Below are positions 9,047-23,700 of a stretch of DNA of 64,000 nt, piece after piece. Under the pieces are notes generated by a model, which ran no database searches, was not told the origin of the DNA, and saw only the letters and a program-made list of their open reading frames with translations. The position numbers were made by a program, and so were the translations under genes. Origin of the DNA: Rhodosorus marinus CCMP1338. Taxonomy: Eukaryota; Plantae; Rhodophyta. Position 1 is the first letter of the stretch, and the number at the start of each line of letters is the position of its first letter. The stretch lies in contig JAMWBK010000011.1 in assembly GCA_029953675.1 (NCBI GenBank), positions 1,054,001 to 1,118,000 of the forward strand. Direction: 5' to 3'.

Positions 9047-12000
9047 TTTTTTGGATTAGAATGCTCTCCTAACTTTTCACCTCCTCAAGGCGCGTATCAG
9101 TTTCCAATCCAGAGTTCGACCTTCGGGTTAAATAAACTTCACTCTCCTCGTGCTTCCCTACCTTCCGCGCTTCTACGTGCATGTTGGCTGCGCACTGTAT
9201 GCCGCTCACGGAGGTTTATAACGCTCGACCTCGCCTCCAAAGCTCTTTTTTTTGTGTTGCCTCCAAAATAATAAACGCAGCCGGGGGGTGGGGTATTAGA
9301 TGCATTGCCATGAACGACACTTTTTCATTAGCTTAACTCCGGATCTAGTGCAACGAGCTCATCTTCTTTCCGTTCTTAAGCAGCTATGAACGGAGTGATC
9401 GGGTTCGAGTTGTGGACTTATCGGCTCATATGCACCATGCAATCCCGATGTGTGAAAAGAAAACAAGTAGCAATCTTCCCAGATGACTGAATGTGTTTCG
9501 TCCGATGGGCCTTCCAATAAAACGAAGCAGTTCCGAATACAGTGAAGCTCAATTAAATTGGGGCAATATGTCGTTGACGTTGTCTTTGCCCCCGTCCCAT
9601 TCTGAAAATTTGTTGTATTGACATCGACCTCCTGTACAAAGCAAGTCCAAAATTTTGGAAGCGAGCTTGAGATCCTGGAGGGTGCACGAGGTACAGTGGA
9701 TACTAACCGTGGAGACCTACAGAACCAGAGATTTTGATAAAAAAGTGCATTCATCTTCAAACCAATAAAAATCAGTTGGGAGGCCTTGTGCAGTTCGTTG
9801 GTTACCATAACCATCGGCAGGTATTCCACTGAAATGGCGTTTCCAATGCCCAAAAACTGAAGCCAGTTACAGGACAGCCTCAACAGAAAGGAGATTCTCG
9901 TGAGACTTTAACAAATAACCAAAATTGATGTACGGTGAAATGTAAAGAACACTTGTAGAGAATGAGAAACACATCCTCTTTTGGTCAATCCCATCCGGGG
10001 TAGCCTTCCAAGACACCATTCCAAGACACACAGTCGCATAAGGTTCCTCTCATATGCCCTTGGAAACGACCTTGTTCCTTTCAATCCGGATCTCCCTCCT
10101 CCCCTTGAAAGAATACACAAAAGCACGACTTCTCGAATCTACACAAAAACTAACCCCTCGGTTGTTGATTAGATAGTTGCATCCAGTCACCTCAAATCAG
10201 AAAAGTATAATCGCGCCCCCTGAGGCCCCAACTCTTAAACGCGAAACAAGAAATGACTCCAAGGTGGGGGGGGGGAGGGGGAGAGAAAGGGGAGCGCACG
10301 ATTAATTTTTTCACTTAGAATACGAACGTTTTTAACCAAATCGTGAGCATCTTCTCTCAATATCTGTGGGGCTGTCGATCGGATACTTCGTTGGCTGACG
10401 ACTTGCCTCGCTTCAACCGGTAGAGTTTCAAGGCCAACATCCGGGACAGAAAATGACTACTAGAGCAATTATAATGTAAAAACAGTATTGCGCATTGCCA
10501 CCAATAATCAATTTTGATACGGAATATTAGGTGGAAAGAACAAATTTGTGGACCATGAGTTTTTTCCTCTCCTACTTGTGAAATACGTTATTATGTTCAA
10601 AAGAAGTAAATATGCGATTCCAGAAAGACGTGTGATATCTGTATCTTTTTGTCGCCTCCTGGTCCTAACCACGTTAACAGCGTGAACGCTATCGATCTTT
10701 TTGGAGTATTTGGTGTATTTGGATGATGAAAATATTTTATTTATTGGAGGGTCGCATATTTGGAAAAGGAACAGCTCCTCTACCGATTTGTTCTTGCCGA
10801 TATTTGGCCTTTATTTACTCGTATTTGAAAGATTTATTGAGTACACCATTTGTTTAAGGCATTTTTTTCGGGCGGATTTGGACTAGAAAAAGTCGCGTGC
10901 AACGACTCTGAAATATGGTGCAATTCTTTCCAATTCGGTTTCAGTTCTTTGAAAGCCGAGATTGAATATTCGACAAATTTTGCCATTTAATCTTTTTTCG
11001 GCTTTTTGGAGGCAAAAACAAAAACTTTGTTTGTTTATAGGAGTTCTATGTCTCAGACCTATCAATTTTGGTGAATGTGCAAATTTATCTGGTGAAAATT
11101 GAAAACAAAGGATACTTTTGATCTATCCAATTTTCATATATATATAGGTAACGAAAACTGGACACGCCGAAATCTTCTGGATTATAAGATTAGCTTATAG
11201 CAGGTGGTGGATTTACAAACATCGCCCGATGCGCCTCAGCGAGTATGTTGCTAGAATACCGCCAGAAACGCGACAGCAGGGGGTTCTTCTCGTTTGTATA
11301 ACATAGTGTGCCACCTTCATCATGGATCGAGAAGGGAAACCTCGTAAAGTTATATGGATCGAGCATGGAAACGTCCTAGTCATTCCGGATTTGTATTGAA
11401 AATTGGAAGGTGAGTAGCAGCCATGAGAACTCACAGTACCAATAGAATGAATATGTCAAAACCACAGGGAAGCCTAGCTTTCCACAGTATTTGGTGTCTG
11501 GTCCTTGACGATCGAAACGCTGTGGGGTCCAAGTGTCTGCAAACTTCAAGCGTGTGCAAGGACGCTTCATGTTAGCCACTTTGAATATTACCATCCTCTT
11601 GATGCTGTTACGAATATGCCACATCGCATGCGGATGAAGAAGACCTTTTCGCAGAAGGGAGGGGATAGCATGTCGTCCTCCCCCCATAGACTGCGAGACG
11701 GAGACTAAACACCAATTTTACAACCATTAGACTCATCCAATGTGTTTGGGACACTTCCTTTTTTTTAAGTATTAAATTTCAGTTCTGAAGCATTCCGCTG
11801 AGTGGTGGTTGATTTTGAAACACTGACCGCCTGTGAAACGTGGGGAGATCTGATGGAAGGAGGCAACAGAACGCGATTGAGGAAAGCTCTTATCATACAA
11901 TAAGTCAAGGCCAAGTTGGCCGAGGGCTAGCCAGCGGATCATTCGGTACGGGCTTTGGAGTTGGGGTGAGAAGGAGAAACCTGTTTTTGGGGCAGACCAA

Positions 12001-14207
12001 TTGTTGCATTCCTCACGGCCCACACAGCAAGGCGAGAGCAAGGCGGAGACAAAAAGGGTCGGAAAGATCCGTCAGGTCATTTTTGAACCTGAAAAACCCC
12101 GCCACGTTATCATCATCGAATGATAGTCCACGGTCAACTCGCTGTTTTCCGCAGATTGACAGGGAGAGAGTCGCCCTTGGTATCTTATGCAGGTAAATTG
12201 TGCACTTTCTTAGCAGTGCAAAAAGACCTGCAACTTGCGTGCAGGGTACGATCACCATTATCTAAGAGATCTACTGCAAAAACGGCTCCCAAGTTTCCTC
12301 CGATGTTCTTTCCAGTTTTAGGTTTGGTGCTAACACAATGATTTCGAGAGTTTTTCGTCCATGGCCAAGTTTCCACCGACGAACCGAGAGTCCAAGGGGG
12401 CCCCAGGCTCGATGTTGCCATCTCCTCCAGCTTACCAGGGAGTTCATTTACCACGTGGAGCCTAGAGCTATTCACTTCAATCGACCAGGGGACATGAAAA
12501 ATAATCCTCGCGAAACAAAAGCATTTGAATTGCTCGTTGAAAGCAGAAACTGAGAAGACAGAACTCCAGGTCAGCTACTGCGGACGCTGCCGATTCGATT
12601 TGGTTGTTCTACTATTGCTTTTATGTTCGTTTGAGCTCCCGCAGATAAGCGAAAAAAAAGAGCTTCAAAGGACATTCGGGCACCGGTCAGTTGCTCTCTT
12701 TTTTCTCCAATTCATGAACACTCGCAATCTCCCGAGGAACGATCACCCTCTCTCCACCATTTCCAACCCATTCAATCACGCAAAAACTTGGTTTCAAGCT
12801 CGAGGGAATGTCGTTTTTCAACTACACTTTATATAAGAACGTCGAGGCCCAAAATTTAGAGCTGCGCCACGTGCAAGGGACTTTGTTTTGTCACAGTCTT
12901 GGTTCCAACACAAGAAGCGATTCCTAGTTCACGCAGATGTCTGCGTTAGTCAGACGGGGCAATGTTGTGAAGTAATCACGTGGCATATACTCGACACTCC
13001 ATTAATTTCGATAATTCAAGGGCCTACACCTATCCGCATCCCGAGCTCCAGCTCCACCAAATCCGTGGTTTTTTTGAGTACTTTTCAGTATTCAATGCCG
13101 GCTCTGAAAAACTCAAACTTTGCCGATGCAGGCAAAAAAATTAGGCACGATTTGGCAGATTTCGATCCTAATCATCTCAATATAAACCAATTCACTCTAG
13201 TTAGGGTGTATGTCCGCAAACTACGGATTTTAGGCCTACTACTGGCCTTCTATATTTTCCGGAATTCTTGGCAAAAGCCAAAATTAACTTATTTTTTTCT
13301 GGGTTCTCAAAATTGATCCGACGAGATCCTAAAAGGCTTTTGAATTAGATGCCAACTTGTAAACCAAACCACATGTGAGTTTCGCGAGGCCCCGACCTGC
13401 ACACACCTCGCAGTTACCCGTTTGAGTTTCCTGATGTGGTAAAACCACCACTTGGAAAACCAACAACGTCGGGAGGGCTAACTACGAAGAACTACTGGTA
13501 GTACCTGTAAAACCAACACTGTTGTGGGGTATGAACGCGGCTTTGATACTTGAGGAGCCCGACATGCGCTTTGAGTAGTCTTTTTTCGCCCTCCGGGCCC
13601 CCCTTTCAGTATCGAACGAATGGTTTAAAAGTATCAGTGTCCTCCGATGCGGATTTTGTGGCCCGCGACTCGACTGGCAACCGGTTGGATCATGCCGATG
13701 TTGAGATCTATGGAAGCCCTACCCTATGGCTTTGTTTCCAGCTTCTAGAGCTGCACAACGCCAGGTTCAGATGAGAACCACTCTCCCTCCGTGCTTAACC
13801 AGACGAAAACCGAGTTCTTCGGGTACGCGATTCCCGATTCTCACTAGCATCGTTCCAGAAAACTCATCGGGGCCTCCTTCCGTTAGAGTTCAGCGTTAGA
13901 GTTTTCTCTGTGTGCTTTCCGGACTTTCTTGAATGCCGCGGTTCGTGAACGCCAAAACGTCATCAGACCAGATAGTTTCGAAACTCTTTTTCAATCTGAG
14001 TTTAACTTTTTCCTTTGCACAGTTCGGCTCTTTGGCATTAGCGCAGCTCGCTACTCGTAAGGTGGTTTACTAATAGGGTCCACTCATCATGTCCTTTGCG
14101 TAGCCATATATATATAGAGTCTCCTTAGGCTATTTTAATTTGCCCTTCTTGCGTATTCTTAGCGTTAGAATCGCTAACAGAAGTAAATCTACTAACGCAT
14201 TGCACCT

Positions 14208-17200
14208 CTACGTCGAAGACAGGTTAATGCTGTAAACACCACAGTCGTCTACGTGGGCGAAGTCATCACTTCGCGTTCTGATAATGAAAAGGAACTTCCC
14301 GTTACCTGGCGCCGTGAATTTTAGGTTTCTCTCCGTCCATTCTCCACTGGACGTCGGAGCCTCACGCTCACCCCTGACCACAAGCGTTTGACCTTTCTGT
14401 ATGTCCATGATCACAGGTGCGTTCCTCCATACCATGCACTGGAAGCGGTATTCAGTTCCGCTCAAAAGCTCAACCCTTTGGAACGCTCCGCTTACGTGTC
14501 TTCTCAACTTAACAGCTCCTGATCCACTTCGTACAATGCGACTCTGGAATATTGCGAGCCCGAAAAGGGTCCAGTGCGTCTCAGATTTAGATTCGAAGCT
14601 TCCATCCGAGAGCAGCTGCACAACAGGCTCCAATGTGGGCTCAGGCGTGGGCACAGGCGTGGGCTCAGGCGTGGGTTCAGGTGTCGGTTCAGGCGTGGGT
14701 TCAGGCGTGGGTTCAGGCGTGGGTTCAGGCGTGGGTTCAGGCGTGGGTTCAGGCGTGGGTTCAGGCGTGGGTTCAGGCGTGGGTTCAGGCGTGGGTTCAG
14801 GCGTGGGTTCAGGCGTGGGTTCAGGCGTGGGTTCAGGCGTGGGTTCTGGCGTGGGTTCAGGCGTGGGTTCAGGTGAGGGCTCAGGTGTCGGCTCAGGTGT
14901 CGGCTCAGGTGTCGGCTCAGGTGTCGGCTCAGGTGTCGGCTCAGGTGTCGGCTCAGGTGTCGGCTCAGGTGTCGGCTCAGGTGTCGGCCCAGGTGTCGGC
15001 TCAGGTGTCGGCTCAGGTGTCGGCTCAGGTGTCGGCTCAGGTGTCGGCTCAGGTGTCGGCTCAGGTGTCGGCTCAGGTGTCGGCTCAGGTGTCGGCTCAG
15101 GTGTCGGCTCAAGTGTCGGTTCAGGTGTCAGCTCAGGTGTTGGTTCAGGTGTCGGCTCCGGAGTGGGTTCTGGCGTCGGCTCTAGTGTCGGTTCCGGCGT
15201 GGGTTCTGGCGTCGGCTCTGGTGTCGGCTCAGGCGTGGGCTCAGGCGTGGGATCAGGGGTGGGCTCAGGCGTGGGCTCAGGCGTGGGTTCAGGTGTCGGT
15301 TCTGGCGTCGGCTCTGGCGTCGGCTCTGGCGTCGGCTCTGGCGTCGGTTCTGGCGTGGGTTCCTGCGTGGGTTCAGGCGTGGGTTCAGGCGTGGGCTCAG
15401 GTGTCGGCTCCGGCGTCGGCTCCTGCGTGGGCTCTGGCGTAATCTCCGGTGTCGGTTCAGGCGTAGGCGCAGACGTCGGCTCCAGTGTCGGTTCAGGCGT
15501 AGGCACAGGCGTCGGTTCAGGCGTAGGCACAGGCGTCGGCTCTGGTGTCGGCTCCGGCGTCGGTTCAGGCGTCGGTTCAAGCGTCGGTTCAGGCGTCGGT
15601 TCAGGCGTAGTCACAGGCGTCGGTTCAGGCGTAGGCACAGGCGTCGGCTCTGGTGTCGGCTCCGGCGTCGGTTCAGGCGTCGGTTCAAGCGTCGGTTCAG
15701 GCGTCGGTTCAGCCGTAGGCACAGGCGTCGGTTCAGGCGTAGGCACAGGCGTCGGCTCTGGTGTCGGCTCCGGCGTCGGTTCAGGCGTCGGTTCAAGCGT
15801 CGGTTCAGGTGTCGGTTCAGGCGTCGGTTCAAGCGTCGGTTCAGGTGTCGGCTCCGGCGTCGGGTCAGGCGTCGGTTCAGGCGTGGGGTCAGCCGTTGGC
15901 TTAGACGTTGGCTCTGGTGTCGGTTCAGGCGTATTGTCGGAAAGCTCCGGATCCGTTAGAGATCCCGAAAAATTGAACAACGTGCAAAAATCGACTATAC
16001 AGTCCCGTTTTCCGATGTTGTAAAGACGAATCTCCTGCGCGATTCCTCCGGCGTCAAACACCATATCCTTGAATCCCCATGAGTCCCGCTCAATTCCCAC
16101 AACCGGGCCATAGGAGTTCTTGGATAGCCTGTTGCCCTTGAAAGTAACTTCCATTGTCAGGGATCCCGGTCCGGATACATAGCATCGCAACCTATACCTC
16201 TCTCCTTTGTTTAAGTAGACAGTCTGATATGCGACGGTACTCGATGCACGGATGTACAGCGCTCGGGAACCATCCAACACATTCAGCGATGTTAGCTCCT
16301 TCGGGCCGCCACTGAAGGCCCACTGAAATTCGTTGTGCGGCGAGAAGCTCGGATTTCTAGTTTCTCCTTTGCCCTGAAGTTCCGCTGGTGGATCCCACGG
16401 AGGTAGCTCCGGCGGGTAGGCGAAGGACTCGGAACCAGCATAGGTTCGCCCTTCTGGAGCAGGATAGAGGGAGCACCCATCCGCCCAGACTTCCGCACTC
16501 TGCGATTCTGGGTTGCCAAAGTTGTCGCGCTCCAAGACGATCTCATACTCACGCGACTCGCGAATTACGAAATCAGCTTCTTGGCTCTCCCAAACCGTGC
16601 CGGGCAAACCAAACGTGTCGGCACGGTTATCTCCGAACAACGTTGAATCGGCCCATACTGAGAAACGAATGCTCCCCCTGACGTAGCAATGTAGTCGATA
16701 AGCCACATTCCTCTCCAAGAACAAGCTCTGAACGGCTTTGGATCCTTCTTGACCAAATCTGAGCCGTCGATTTCCACTGAAACTCGCCGCTGTCTGCATA
16801 TCGGCGCCGTTGGAAAGGGACCAAGCGCCTTGAGCTTCTTCAAAATCTGCGTTTTCCAAAAGCTGCTCAGGCTCCGGATCGGTTCTGGGTCCATCAAATA
16901 GAAACACTGTGCAAAAGTCCACGACAACCTCACTTTCTCCACTGTTATACAGGTACAATTCCTGCGAGATTGCAGACGCGTCAAAGACCATATCCTTGAA
17001 TCCCCATTGAGCCCGTTCAATTGGCACCACAGGATCAAACATGTTCCTAGATACCCTCCTACCCCTAAACCGAACTTCCATTGTCAACGACCCGCTTCCA
17101 GTAACGTAGCATCTCCACCTGTATCTCTTCCCCTTCTCCAAGAAGATCATCTGGCTTGCTACAGTCCTCGCGGGGTAGACTAGCAAGGCTCGCGAACCAT

Positions 17201-20200
17201 ACAGTACGTCGAGCGCGCTAAAATTCAGAGGCTCGTCAGCGTCCCACTTTAAGTCTTTCTGGTATTTGAAACTCGGGTTCTTCACCTCCTGGTCCTCACC
17301 CATAAGCTCAGCTGGTGGTTCCCACGTTGGGAGCACTGGGGGAAATTCGTAGGAATCAGATCCGGCAGTGGGTGGGACACCGTCGAAAGCAACGTAGAGC
17401 GAGCACTCATCTACACGTACGCCAGAGCTCTGGAGCTCGGGATTTCCCGCGTTATCACGTTCAAGGACAATATCATAGTCGCCGCTCGTGGGTATGAAGA
17501 AGTCAATCTCCTGGCTCTTCCACCCCGAGCTTTGAACATCCAAGACATCTCCGTGGTTATTCCCGTACAGTGTCGACCGCCTCCACACCGAGAAGCGGAT
17601 ACTTCCGGTGACATAGCAGTGTAATCGGTAGTTAGAGTCCTTCTCCAAGTAGACTTGTTGGGTCGCCTTCGAGCCTTCCTGATTGAATTTCAACACGCGA
17701 CTGCCTGCGAAACTCTGAAAACTCTGGGTCAACGCTGCACCAGTAGACAGCGACCACGACTCGGTGTCCTCTTCAAAGCCTGGGTTTCCCAAGATCTGGT
17801 CCAGCTCAGGATCCGTCAGCGGTCCGTCAAACAGGAACATGGTACAGAAGTCGACAAGGCATTCGGTGTCCCCTATGTTGTAGAGGGACACCTCCTGCGT
17901 CACTCCCACCGCGTCGAACACTATCTCTTTGTACCCCCATTGACCCCTCGATGTCGAGAAGACAGGTCCGAATGAGTTTCTAGATACTAGTTTTCCCCGG
18001 AAATCAATCTGCATACTCAACGGTCCTGTTCCAGAAACATAGCACCGCATCCTATACCTTTCACCTTTCTCCAAGAAGACATTCTGCTTTGCGAAAGTGC
18101 TCATTGGATAGATCCACATCGCCCGAGAGCCTTCTAGAGCTTTCAGTCCATCAAATTGCAAACGTCCGGTGACAATCCATCGAAAGTCCGTCCGCCTCTC
18201 AAAGCTCGGATTTCGAATCTCTCCATCCTCGCCCAGAAGCTCGGGGGGGGGATCCCACCGAGGCGACTCTGGTGGGTAGTTGACGTACTCTGATCCAACG
18301 TAGCTTGGAACGTTGGGAGCAGCATATACGGAGCACTCATCCGCCCAGACGCCCGAGCTCTGGAGCATCGGGTTACCCTGGTTGTCTCGCTCAAAAGTAA
18401 TCTCGTACTCACCGTCATCCCGAATCAGGAAATCGATCTCTTGATTGTACCAGAACGAACTCAGCACCGGGAACGTATCGCCAAGGTTCTCACCAAAAAG
18501 AGTTGAGTCTGCCCATATAGAAAATCGGATGCTCCCAATCACATGGCAGTGCAATCTGTACACATTGTTTCCCCTCAAATATACCCTCTGAACGGCCTTG
18601 GACCCCTCCACTTTAAACTGGAGAGCTTGGTCTCCTGTGAAACTGTTGTGATTTCGAATCTCGATCTCGTCTGATAACAGCCACCGCCCGGCCTCATCCT
18701 CGAACCCGGCATTTTTCAACAGCTGCTCCGCATTGGGTGTCCTCCTCCTCGGGTAGTCCTGAGGGTTTGTTGTACTTCCACACGGTAGATCGTCGTTTGT
18801 GCCTCCGCCCAAAAGGCAACAGGCTCCGCCGTCACATTCGTCAACCTCCAAGACGACGCTGCTCAGCCATCCTCCATTATCAGAGTACTGCACCTTAATC
18901 TTCGGAGCGCTTCCTAGGCTCTCTACTGAATACGGAATGACAAACACTCCAAAGTATTTATCGCCATAGGGCCTCTTCGGTCCAGCCATTCTCTGATCAT
19001 AGTCCTCAATTGGCTGCTTCGCGTCGTTAACCCACACCTTGGGCTTGTCGTCTCCGCTAGGCTTTCTAGAGTGTCCGATACGAATGTATCCGACTCCATG
19101 CAGACTTTGCGGAATTTCTTTGAACGAAAACGTGTAGATCTCGTCCGTCTCAATGAGCACCGGAAGCTCCAGAGGTCGGTTGGTGCTATCAACAACCTCG
19201 GTCATGTAGTGCCTAGATCGCTGCACCTTTCGGAGCTCAACCACGGGTCGATAGAAGTTGAAGGCCAGCACGTGCATTGACTCTGGCTCTATCTGAATAC
19301 TTTCCGGAACGGAGAACATCGTCGAATTGCCCCACTTGACGTGTCCTGCTCGTTTGAGATTCTGGGCAGTGTCTTCCTCCGTCAGCTCTCTTTCCTGCAA
19401 CCATATCTTCCTTTCAACAACGTTCGTCACAGTGCCAGGTCCGAATGGAAAGCCCAGCTTCACCTCCGCCGGTTCGCCTTCCGTTGCAAAATTCTGTAGG
19501 AGTATGTATGCGCGATTGGAGTTGGCAATGGCGTGAACCTTAATAAATGGGTCGTCACTGTAGGAGTATGCAAGGTCTCCTTCGACGCCCTTGAACAGTT
19601 CTAAATAGTACAAGAGCGGCGTCCACTTGACGTCGTCCTCGGTCCCGCCCTCAGAAAGCGACCACGGATATCGATATTCCTTGCCGTTCCGGTCGTCCCC
19701 GGGATCCAGAGTCAGAAAATTAACAAACTTGAGGAGGTTGTCATGGACTCTAAGTGTACTCATAAACGCCTTGAACGCTTCAGACATAATAATAAAGTCT
19801 CTGCCTCCCCGCGGGGGTGCGGATATCTCGGTGCTCTTCCGGAACCAGGACATGTCATACGCCCCGGTCTCCGTTATCATGTATTTGATCGGCTTACCAT
19901 CGTCAGATATGTGACTGCTGTAGGTCTCCAGAAGATCTAGATTCGCATCTTGGACCGCACCTCCGGACGAGTAAATGTGCTCTGAAATGAAATCCAGGCA
20001 TCCTGCACTCCGCGCGGAGTCGATGAAGTTCTTCATACGCGTTCGCCATCGAGCAAAATCTTTCAGATGCGGCCTAGCACTGTTTGCCCCTGGACCTCCT
20101 GCGAGCATGTCCGGGTGGGCTGCGTTGACCTGCGTGCACATCTGGCCGCAGATGCTTCCGATCCTGGAAACCACAGACTCTTCTGTCTCCGTCGGAAATC

Positions 20201-20780
20201 TCACAAACTGTTTCCACAATCCCATCGGTTCATTGAAGCATTCCGAATACCGCGGTTTCGGGACGCCCTCCTCAGCACTGAAAAATGCGCTGAAGTAGTC
20301 GGCAGCAAACGCCACAGCGTTGGAGATGCCTTGATCTGTATCCTGAAAACTTCCCAACTGCTCCGCTCTGTCCACCGCGACTCGCTCTTCATTGATCAAT
20401 CTCCTCCTCAAAGGATCGCAGAAGTTGTCGCATGTGATCTGGAGGCGGTATTGCCTCCCCTCCTCTTCAAGCTGATCCAACTTATTCGGGAAGCTGTTTG
20501 ATCCTCCGAAAGGACCTATCCCAGATGATCTTGCAAACCTCACGTCCAAGTCCAAAACCGCGTACTCCATCTTAGCCCTTGCATTTCTCGGCGAGGCCAG
20601 GTCCCCATGAGCATTGACGAACCGGTGTCGATCGAACACATACTCCCCATTCGTTATCAAAGTCGTTCGGAAGTCAACCGTCACAGTCGAGCAATCCACA
20701 CAGAGGAGCAGCAGCCCCATAAACAAGACCACCAACCCCGTCATCCTTCCCGGCTCCTTAAATAGAGGACAGTTTGTCAT
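14208..20780 (-). CDS. Gene 2: secreted GH86-like hydrolase with 3 A-B module pairs, a Pro/Thr/Glu stalk and a terminal CBM-like module, 2190 aa
   Basis: Single ORF with signal peptide (likely start Met13 at 20744, MTGLVVLF...). CFNEP and MITETG motifs. Six A/B modules, ~109 PEPT units, then a final [33 protein letters not shown] module. Confidence 0.9.
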   Translation of the reverse strand: MTNCPLFKEPGRMTGLVVLFMGLLLLCVDCSTVTVDFRTTLITNGEYVFDRHRFVNAHGDLASPRNARAKMEYAVLDLDVRFARSSGIGPFGGSNSFPNKLDQLEEEGRQYRLQITCDNFCDPLRRRLINEERVAVDRAEQLGSFQDTDQGISNAVAFAADYFSAFFSAEEGVPKPRYSECFNEPMGLWKQFVRFPTETEESVVSRIGSICGQMCTQVNAAHPDMLAGGPGANSARPHLKDFARWRTRMKNFIDSARSAGCLDFISEHIYSSGGAVQDANLDLLETYSSHISDDGKPIKYMITETGAYDMSWFRKSTEISAPPRGGRDFIIMSEAFKAFMSTLRVHDNLLKFVNFLTLDPGDDRNGKEYRYPWSLSEGGTEDDVKWTPLLYYLELFKGVEGDLAYSYSDDPFIKVHAIANSNRAYILLQNFATEGEPAEVKLGFPFGPGTVTNVVERKIWLQERELTEEDTAQNLKRAGHVKWGNSTMFSVPESIQIEPESMHVLAFNFYRPVVELRKVQRSRHYMTEVVDSTNRPLELPVLIETDEIYTFSFKEIPQSLHGVGYIRIGHSRKPSGDDKPKVWVNDAKQPIEDYDQRMAGPKRPYGDKYFGVFVIPYSVESLGSAPKIKVQYSDNGGWLSSVVLEVDECDGGACCLLGGGTNDDLPCGSTTNPQDYPRRRTPNAEQLLKNAGFEDEAGRWLLSDEIEIRNHNSFTGDQALQFKVEGSKAVQRVYLRGNNVYRLHCHVIGSIRFSIWADSTLFGENLGDTFPVLSSFWYNQEIDFLIRDDGEYEITFERDNQGNPMLQSSGVWADECSVYAAPNVPSYVGSEYVNYPPESPRWDPPPELLGEDGEIRNPSFERRTDFRWIVTGRLQFDGLKALEGSRAMWIYPMSTFAKQNVFLEKGERYRMRCYVSGTGPLSMQIDFRGKLVSRNSFGPVFSTSRGQWGYKEIVFDAVGVTQEVSLYNIGDTECLVDFCTMFLFDGPLTDPELDQILGNPGFEEDTESWSLSTGAALTQSFQSFAGSRVLKFNQEGSKATQQVYLEKDSNYRLHCYVTGSIRFSVWRRSTLYGNNHGDVLDVQSSGWKSQEIDFFIPTSGDYDIVLERDNAGNPELQSSGVRVDECSLYVAFDGVPPTAGSDSYEFPPVLPTWEPPAELMGEDQEVKNPSFKYQKDLKWDADEPLNFSALDVLYGSRALLVYPARTVASQMIFLEKGKRYRWRCYVTGSGSLTMEVRFRGRRVSRNMFDPVVPIERAQWGFKDMVFDASAISQELYLYNSGESEVVVDFCTVFLFDGPRTDPEPEQLLENADFEEAQGAWSLSNGADMQTAASFSGNRRLRFGQEGSKAVQSLFLERNVAYRLHCYVRGSIRFSVWADSTLFGDNRADTFGLPGTVWESQEADFVIRESREYEIVLERDNFGNPESQSAEVWADGCSLYPAPEGRTYAGSESFAYPPELPPWDPPAELQGKGETRNPSFSPHNEFQWAFSGGPKELTSLNVLDGSRALYIRASSTVAYQTVYLNKGERYRLRCYVSGPGSLTMEVTFKGNRLSKNSYGPVVGIERDSWGFKDMVFDAGGIAQEIRLYNIGKRDCIVDFCTLFNFSGSLTDPELSDNTPEPTPEPTSKPTADPTPEPTPDPTPEPTPEPTLEPTPEPTPEPTLEPTPEPTPEPTPEPTPVPTPEPTPVPTAEPTPEPTLEPTPEPTPEPTPEPTPVPTPEPTPVTTPEPTPEPTLEPTPEPTPEPTPEPTPVPTPEPTPVPTPEPTLEPTSAPTPEPTPEITPEPTQEPTPEPTPEPTPEPTPEPTQEPTPEPTPEPTPEPTPEPTPEPTPEPTPEPTPEPTPDPTPEPTPEPTPEPTPEPTPEPTLEPTPEPTPEPTPEPTPELTPEPTLEPTPEPTPEPTPEPTPEPTPEPTPEPTPEPTPEPTPEPTPGPTPEPTPEPTPEPTPEPTPEPTPEPTPEPTPEPTPEPSPEPTPEPTPEPTPEPTPEPTPEPTPEPTPEPTPEPTPEPTPEPTPEPTPEPTPEPTPEPTPEPTPEPTPEPTPVPTPEPTLEPVVQLLSDGSFESKSETHWTLFGLAIFQSRIVRSGSGAVKLRRHVSGAFQRVELLSGTEYRFQCMVWRNAPVIMDIQKGQTLVVRGEREAPTSSGEWTERNLKFTAPGNGKFLFIIRTRSDDFAHVDDCGVYSINLSST
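14626..15933 (-). repeat. Coding 12-bp minisatellite encoding (TPEP)n, ~109 units, with codon-variant blocks and a 108-bp higher-order repeat
   Basis: Homogeneous ggttcaggcgtg block at ~14690-14860 and ggctcaggtgtc block at ~14880-15110. ggctctggtgtcggctccggc recurs at 15538, 15646 and 15754 (108-bp period = 9 tetrapeptides). Confidence 0.97.
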
Positions 20781-23700
20781 ATTGAGATATTAGCTTTTCT
20801 CTCGCAAACCTCTGAGCAACAACGGCTTTTCATTCAACTGTCCATCCCATCACATCCAAACCAACAGAAGCACGATCACAGACCTCGTCCATTTCTCCTC
20901 GATCTTCCAGGGCTCCGCCGGTATGGAATTGCCCACGGGCGTCGTAAGGTACGAATATATAGTTTCCGTCTTTTCTTCCATACTGACGGAGAGGAAAGCC
21001 GAAACTGCTGTTGAATCCCGTGTCTTTTTTGTAAAGCATTGGGTGCAAAAACCCAGCAATTCACTCCGTGCTCTCCAACTCGTTCTCCACTCGGCACAAC
21101 CGATTTTTTACAACTCACCAAATACTCCATTTCCTTTCTTCAGAAAAACAAAGGAGAAAAACTGGCGAGAGACATTGGAGGACTGCTTCGGTCTAAACGA
21201 AAGGATTTGAGGATCCCTAAACCATTCACCCTCCCCACCCCTTTGAACCGACAGGCTGCCGAACTCCATTTTACAACCTCATCAGCGCAAATCCCGAAAT
21301 GCGATAAAAACTACAGTATCTATAGCAGTGTCAGGTTCCTTCAGTAACGGCAAGCGGATCTTCAAGCACTCCGAGCAATCGACATTCTGTCCTTAACGAC
21401 CAAATATAGAAGTTTTAATTCTGAAAATGTAAACTATACAGTATTTTTAGGACAATAGTACCTTTATTCAAGAACAAAAATGATGTTCTAGGATTGTTCG
21501 CAAATCGGCCAAGGGCGGGTGAGGGAATATTGAAGGGGGTGGGCAAACTCACCAATGTTGAACATTCAAGTGTTACTTTTATTTTCACTAAACGAAAAAT
21601 GGTTTTCCAAAGAGGGGTGGACCGATAATGACAAAAACTGTTGGTGGTGTTGGAAATTGAACCCTCAAAAATAGAGCTTGCTGGGATATAATTCACCTCA
21701 TTTCTGCGCTCCCTTCCCTGAGCAGATCAGCCGTTCCACATCCGCTCCCCCGCGGACACCCAGTCCCGCACAATCGTAAAAGTGAAACGATCGTTTTGAC
21801 CTTTGTTAGCGGCTACTATTCGCCCCGTAGTTGATGAGAAAAGCGGTTGGCGGTACAATGACTTCGTACTACATATTCAACCCGACGACCCTGGGGTGTT
21901 AGGGTGGTGGAGTTGAATGTGCCGTGCTGTGCCCGTCTCTATCGATTGCTTTAGCAGCTAAAAAACAAAAAAAATTCCTGGAGTGCTTGTTGATTAATCA
22001 CCAATTTTCGGCCTCGAGATTTCCATTCACTGGCTTGTAGGTACTTTCATACGTTTTCAGGTTTTCACAACCAATGATGGTGTGTAACGGCAAATTTGCG
22101 ACTATATGGGGAGTTTTTTCTTGTGAGAAGCGAGGGGGTCCATGCTTCGGTAAAACGGCATCCAGGCTTCAAACGGATACAAAACGATAGCTTTTTTTAC
22201 TGCACAACAAGTGCACCAGCCGGCCCCTTCTACAATCACAAGATTTTGGGGTGGACTGGACGTAGGGGGATATGAAAAGTTTTTGCAGCTGCTTTGTCGG
22301 CTTACAGCAATTCTGAACAGAGGAAGGTTCGGCTTCGAGGGTTTTTTTTTGGCTGTGGCCCATGGAAATTGTGGACACGGACGGTGCTGCTGGTTGTTTG
22401 GACATCTCCAAGTTGAAAAATACCACGTTGACTAAAAGGCGCGAAGGTGTGGAACTCGGGTTTCGCATGGGTGCTTGTTCAGGCTCCACTATCCAAATAC
22501 GTGAATTACCATTGCTTTGAAACATGAGCACAACTGCATCCCAGCAATTTCTTGTAACCCCTAGCCAACGCATGCAGAACTGCCATACGACCACGAATAA
22601 AAGTATTGAATTCATTTAATTTGTTAACCTTCTCACCAATAGTTTGTCCCATTTTCTACTTATCAAATAACGCAATAAAAAACTCCGTCCGTTTCATATG
22701 ATTCACTTAACGCTCAAGCGGGACCCTACAGGCCCTTTAATATCTCAATAATACACACTTTAAATATATCTCATTTACACTAAAATAAACCCCCTATTTC
22801 TCTTGCTTATCACCCCCTTTTTAAAAAAGAGTATTTCTGATCAAAATAATCCGCCTGAGTATCGAGCGGTAGATATTTCTATGCTCAGCTTCCCAATTAT
22901 CTTTGCACTTGGCCTACTGAGCCTATCGGGCCTCAGCGGGAAATAACTTTTTTTTTGGTTTGGTTTGTTTTTCTAATCTAGTTTTTGTTTTTTTTCCCCG
23001 AGGAATAAATTGTTTTAAGAAGAAAAGGCTCATCATCGCTTTCGCTTAGGCATTGGATACTATTCAATCAACTGGAAATTGATTGAAAATATGTGAAAAG
23101 CTCGAAATTCGATTTCCTCTTTGGTTTTCGTTTCATCGCTACTAAAGTTGTGATTTTTTTTTTCGGTAATGTTTTTCACAATTAAAGGAGGAAGGTTTGG
23201 GAAGCGCCACTTCGTTTCATTAGGTATATGACTTTACTCGCTCCAGCGCTTGATGGCGGGAGTTTGGTACGAGCGTCTTTCGTTTAAACCCTCTCCACTA
23301 TGTGTTTAGCTCTGACAAAAATGCCAAGAGGGAGCAGATACACTCTTGAGTCCTGGCGGAGGCAGGGGTTTCCGCCTTTTTTTGGAGTGTTCAGAAGCTC
23401 TTGGATATCTCTTCTAGTTCTGTGGATCAGATTAGTTTATTCGCACATAACCAGCTTGGTCGGAAGTTAATCCAAGACTCGTAAACACCCCGGTGCGGCC
23501 TACCAGATACAATTCAAAGTTGTTCGACCAAATTGGTACAACCCTTCCTCTTCCGCGAGCTATCCTGGCGTGAACTGGCCACCCCTGATCTGTATGTCAA
23601 TATCCCAAACGAGCTTGCAGTGTGATTCCTCTTTTCTCTTGAATTCACGCTGAGCCGATAAGGTACGAGAACGCCCTTTCTTTAGCGAATGTTGAACGGG

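Noticed and set aside
9050-14200. Short ORFs and AT-rich MITE-like tracts in the gene 1-2 spacer
   Set aside because: No recognisable motifs, termini or second copies could be established by eye.
14626-15933. Possible CRISPR array or telomeric repeat
   Set aside because: Contiguous 12-bp coding units with no unique spacers, in frame within gene 2; no cas genes.
14401-16023. 540-aa (GVGS)n ORF on +, and the WVQA, RRGF and SRHL/NPRL ORFs
   Set aside because: Antisense or alternate-frame shadows of the 12-bp PEPT repeat, which lacks stops in several frames.
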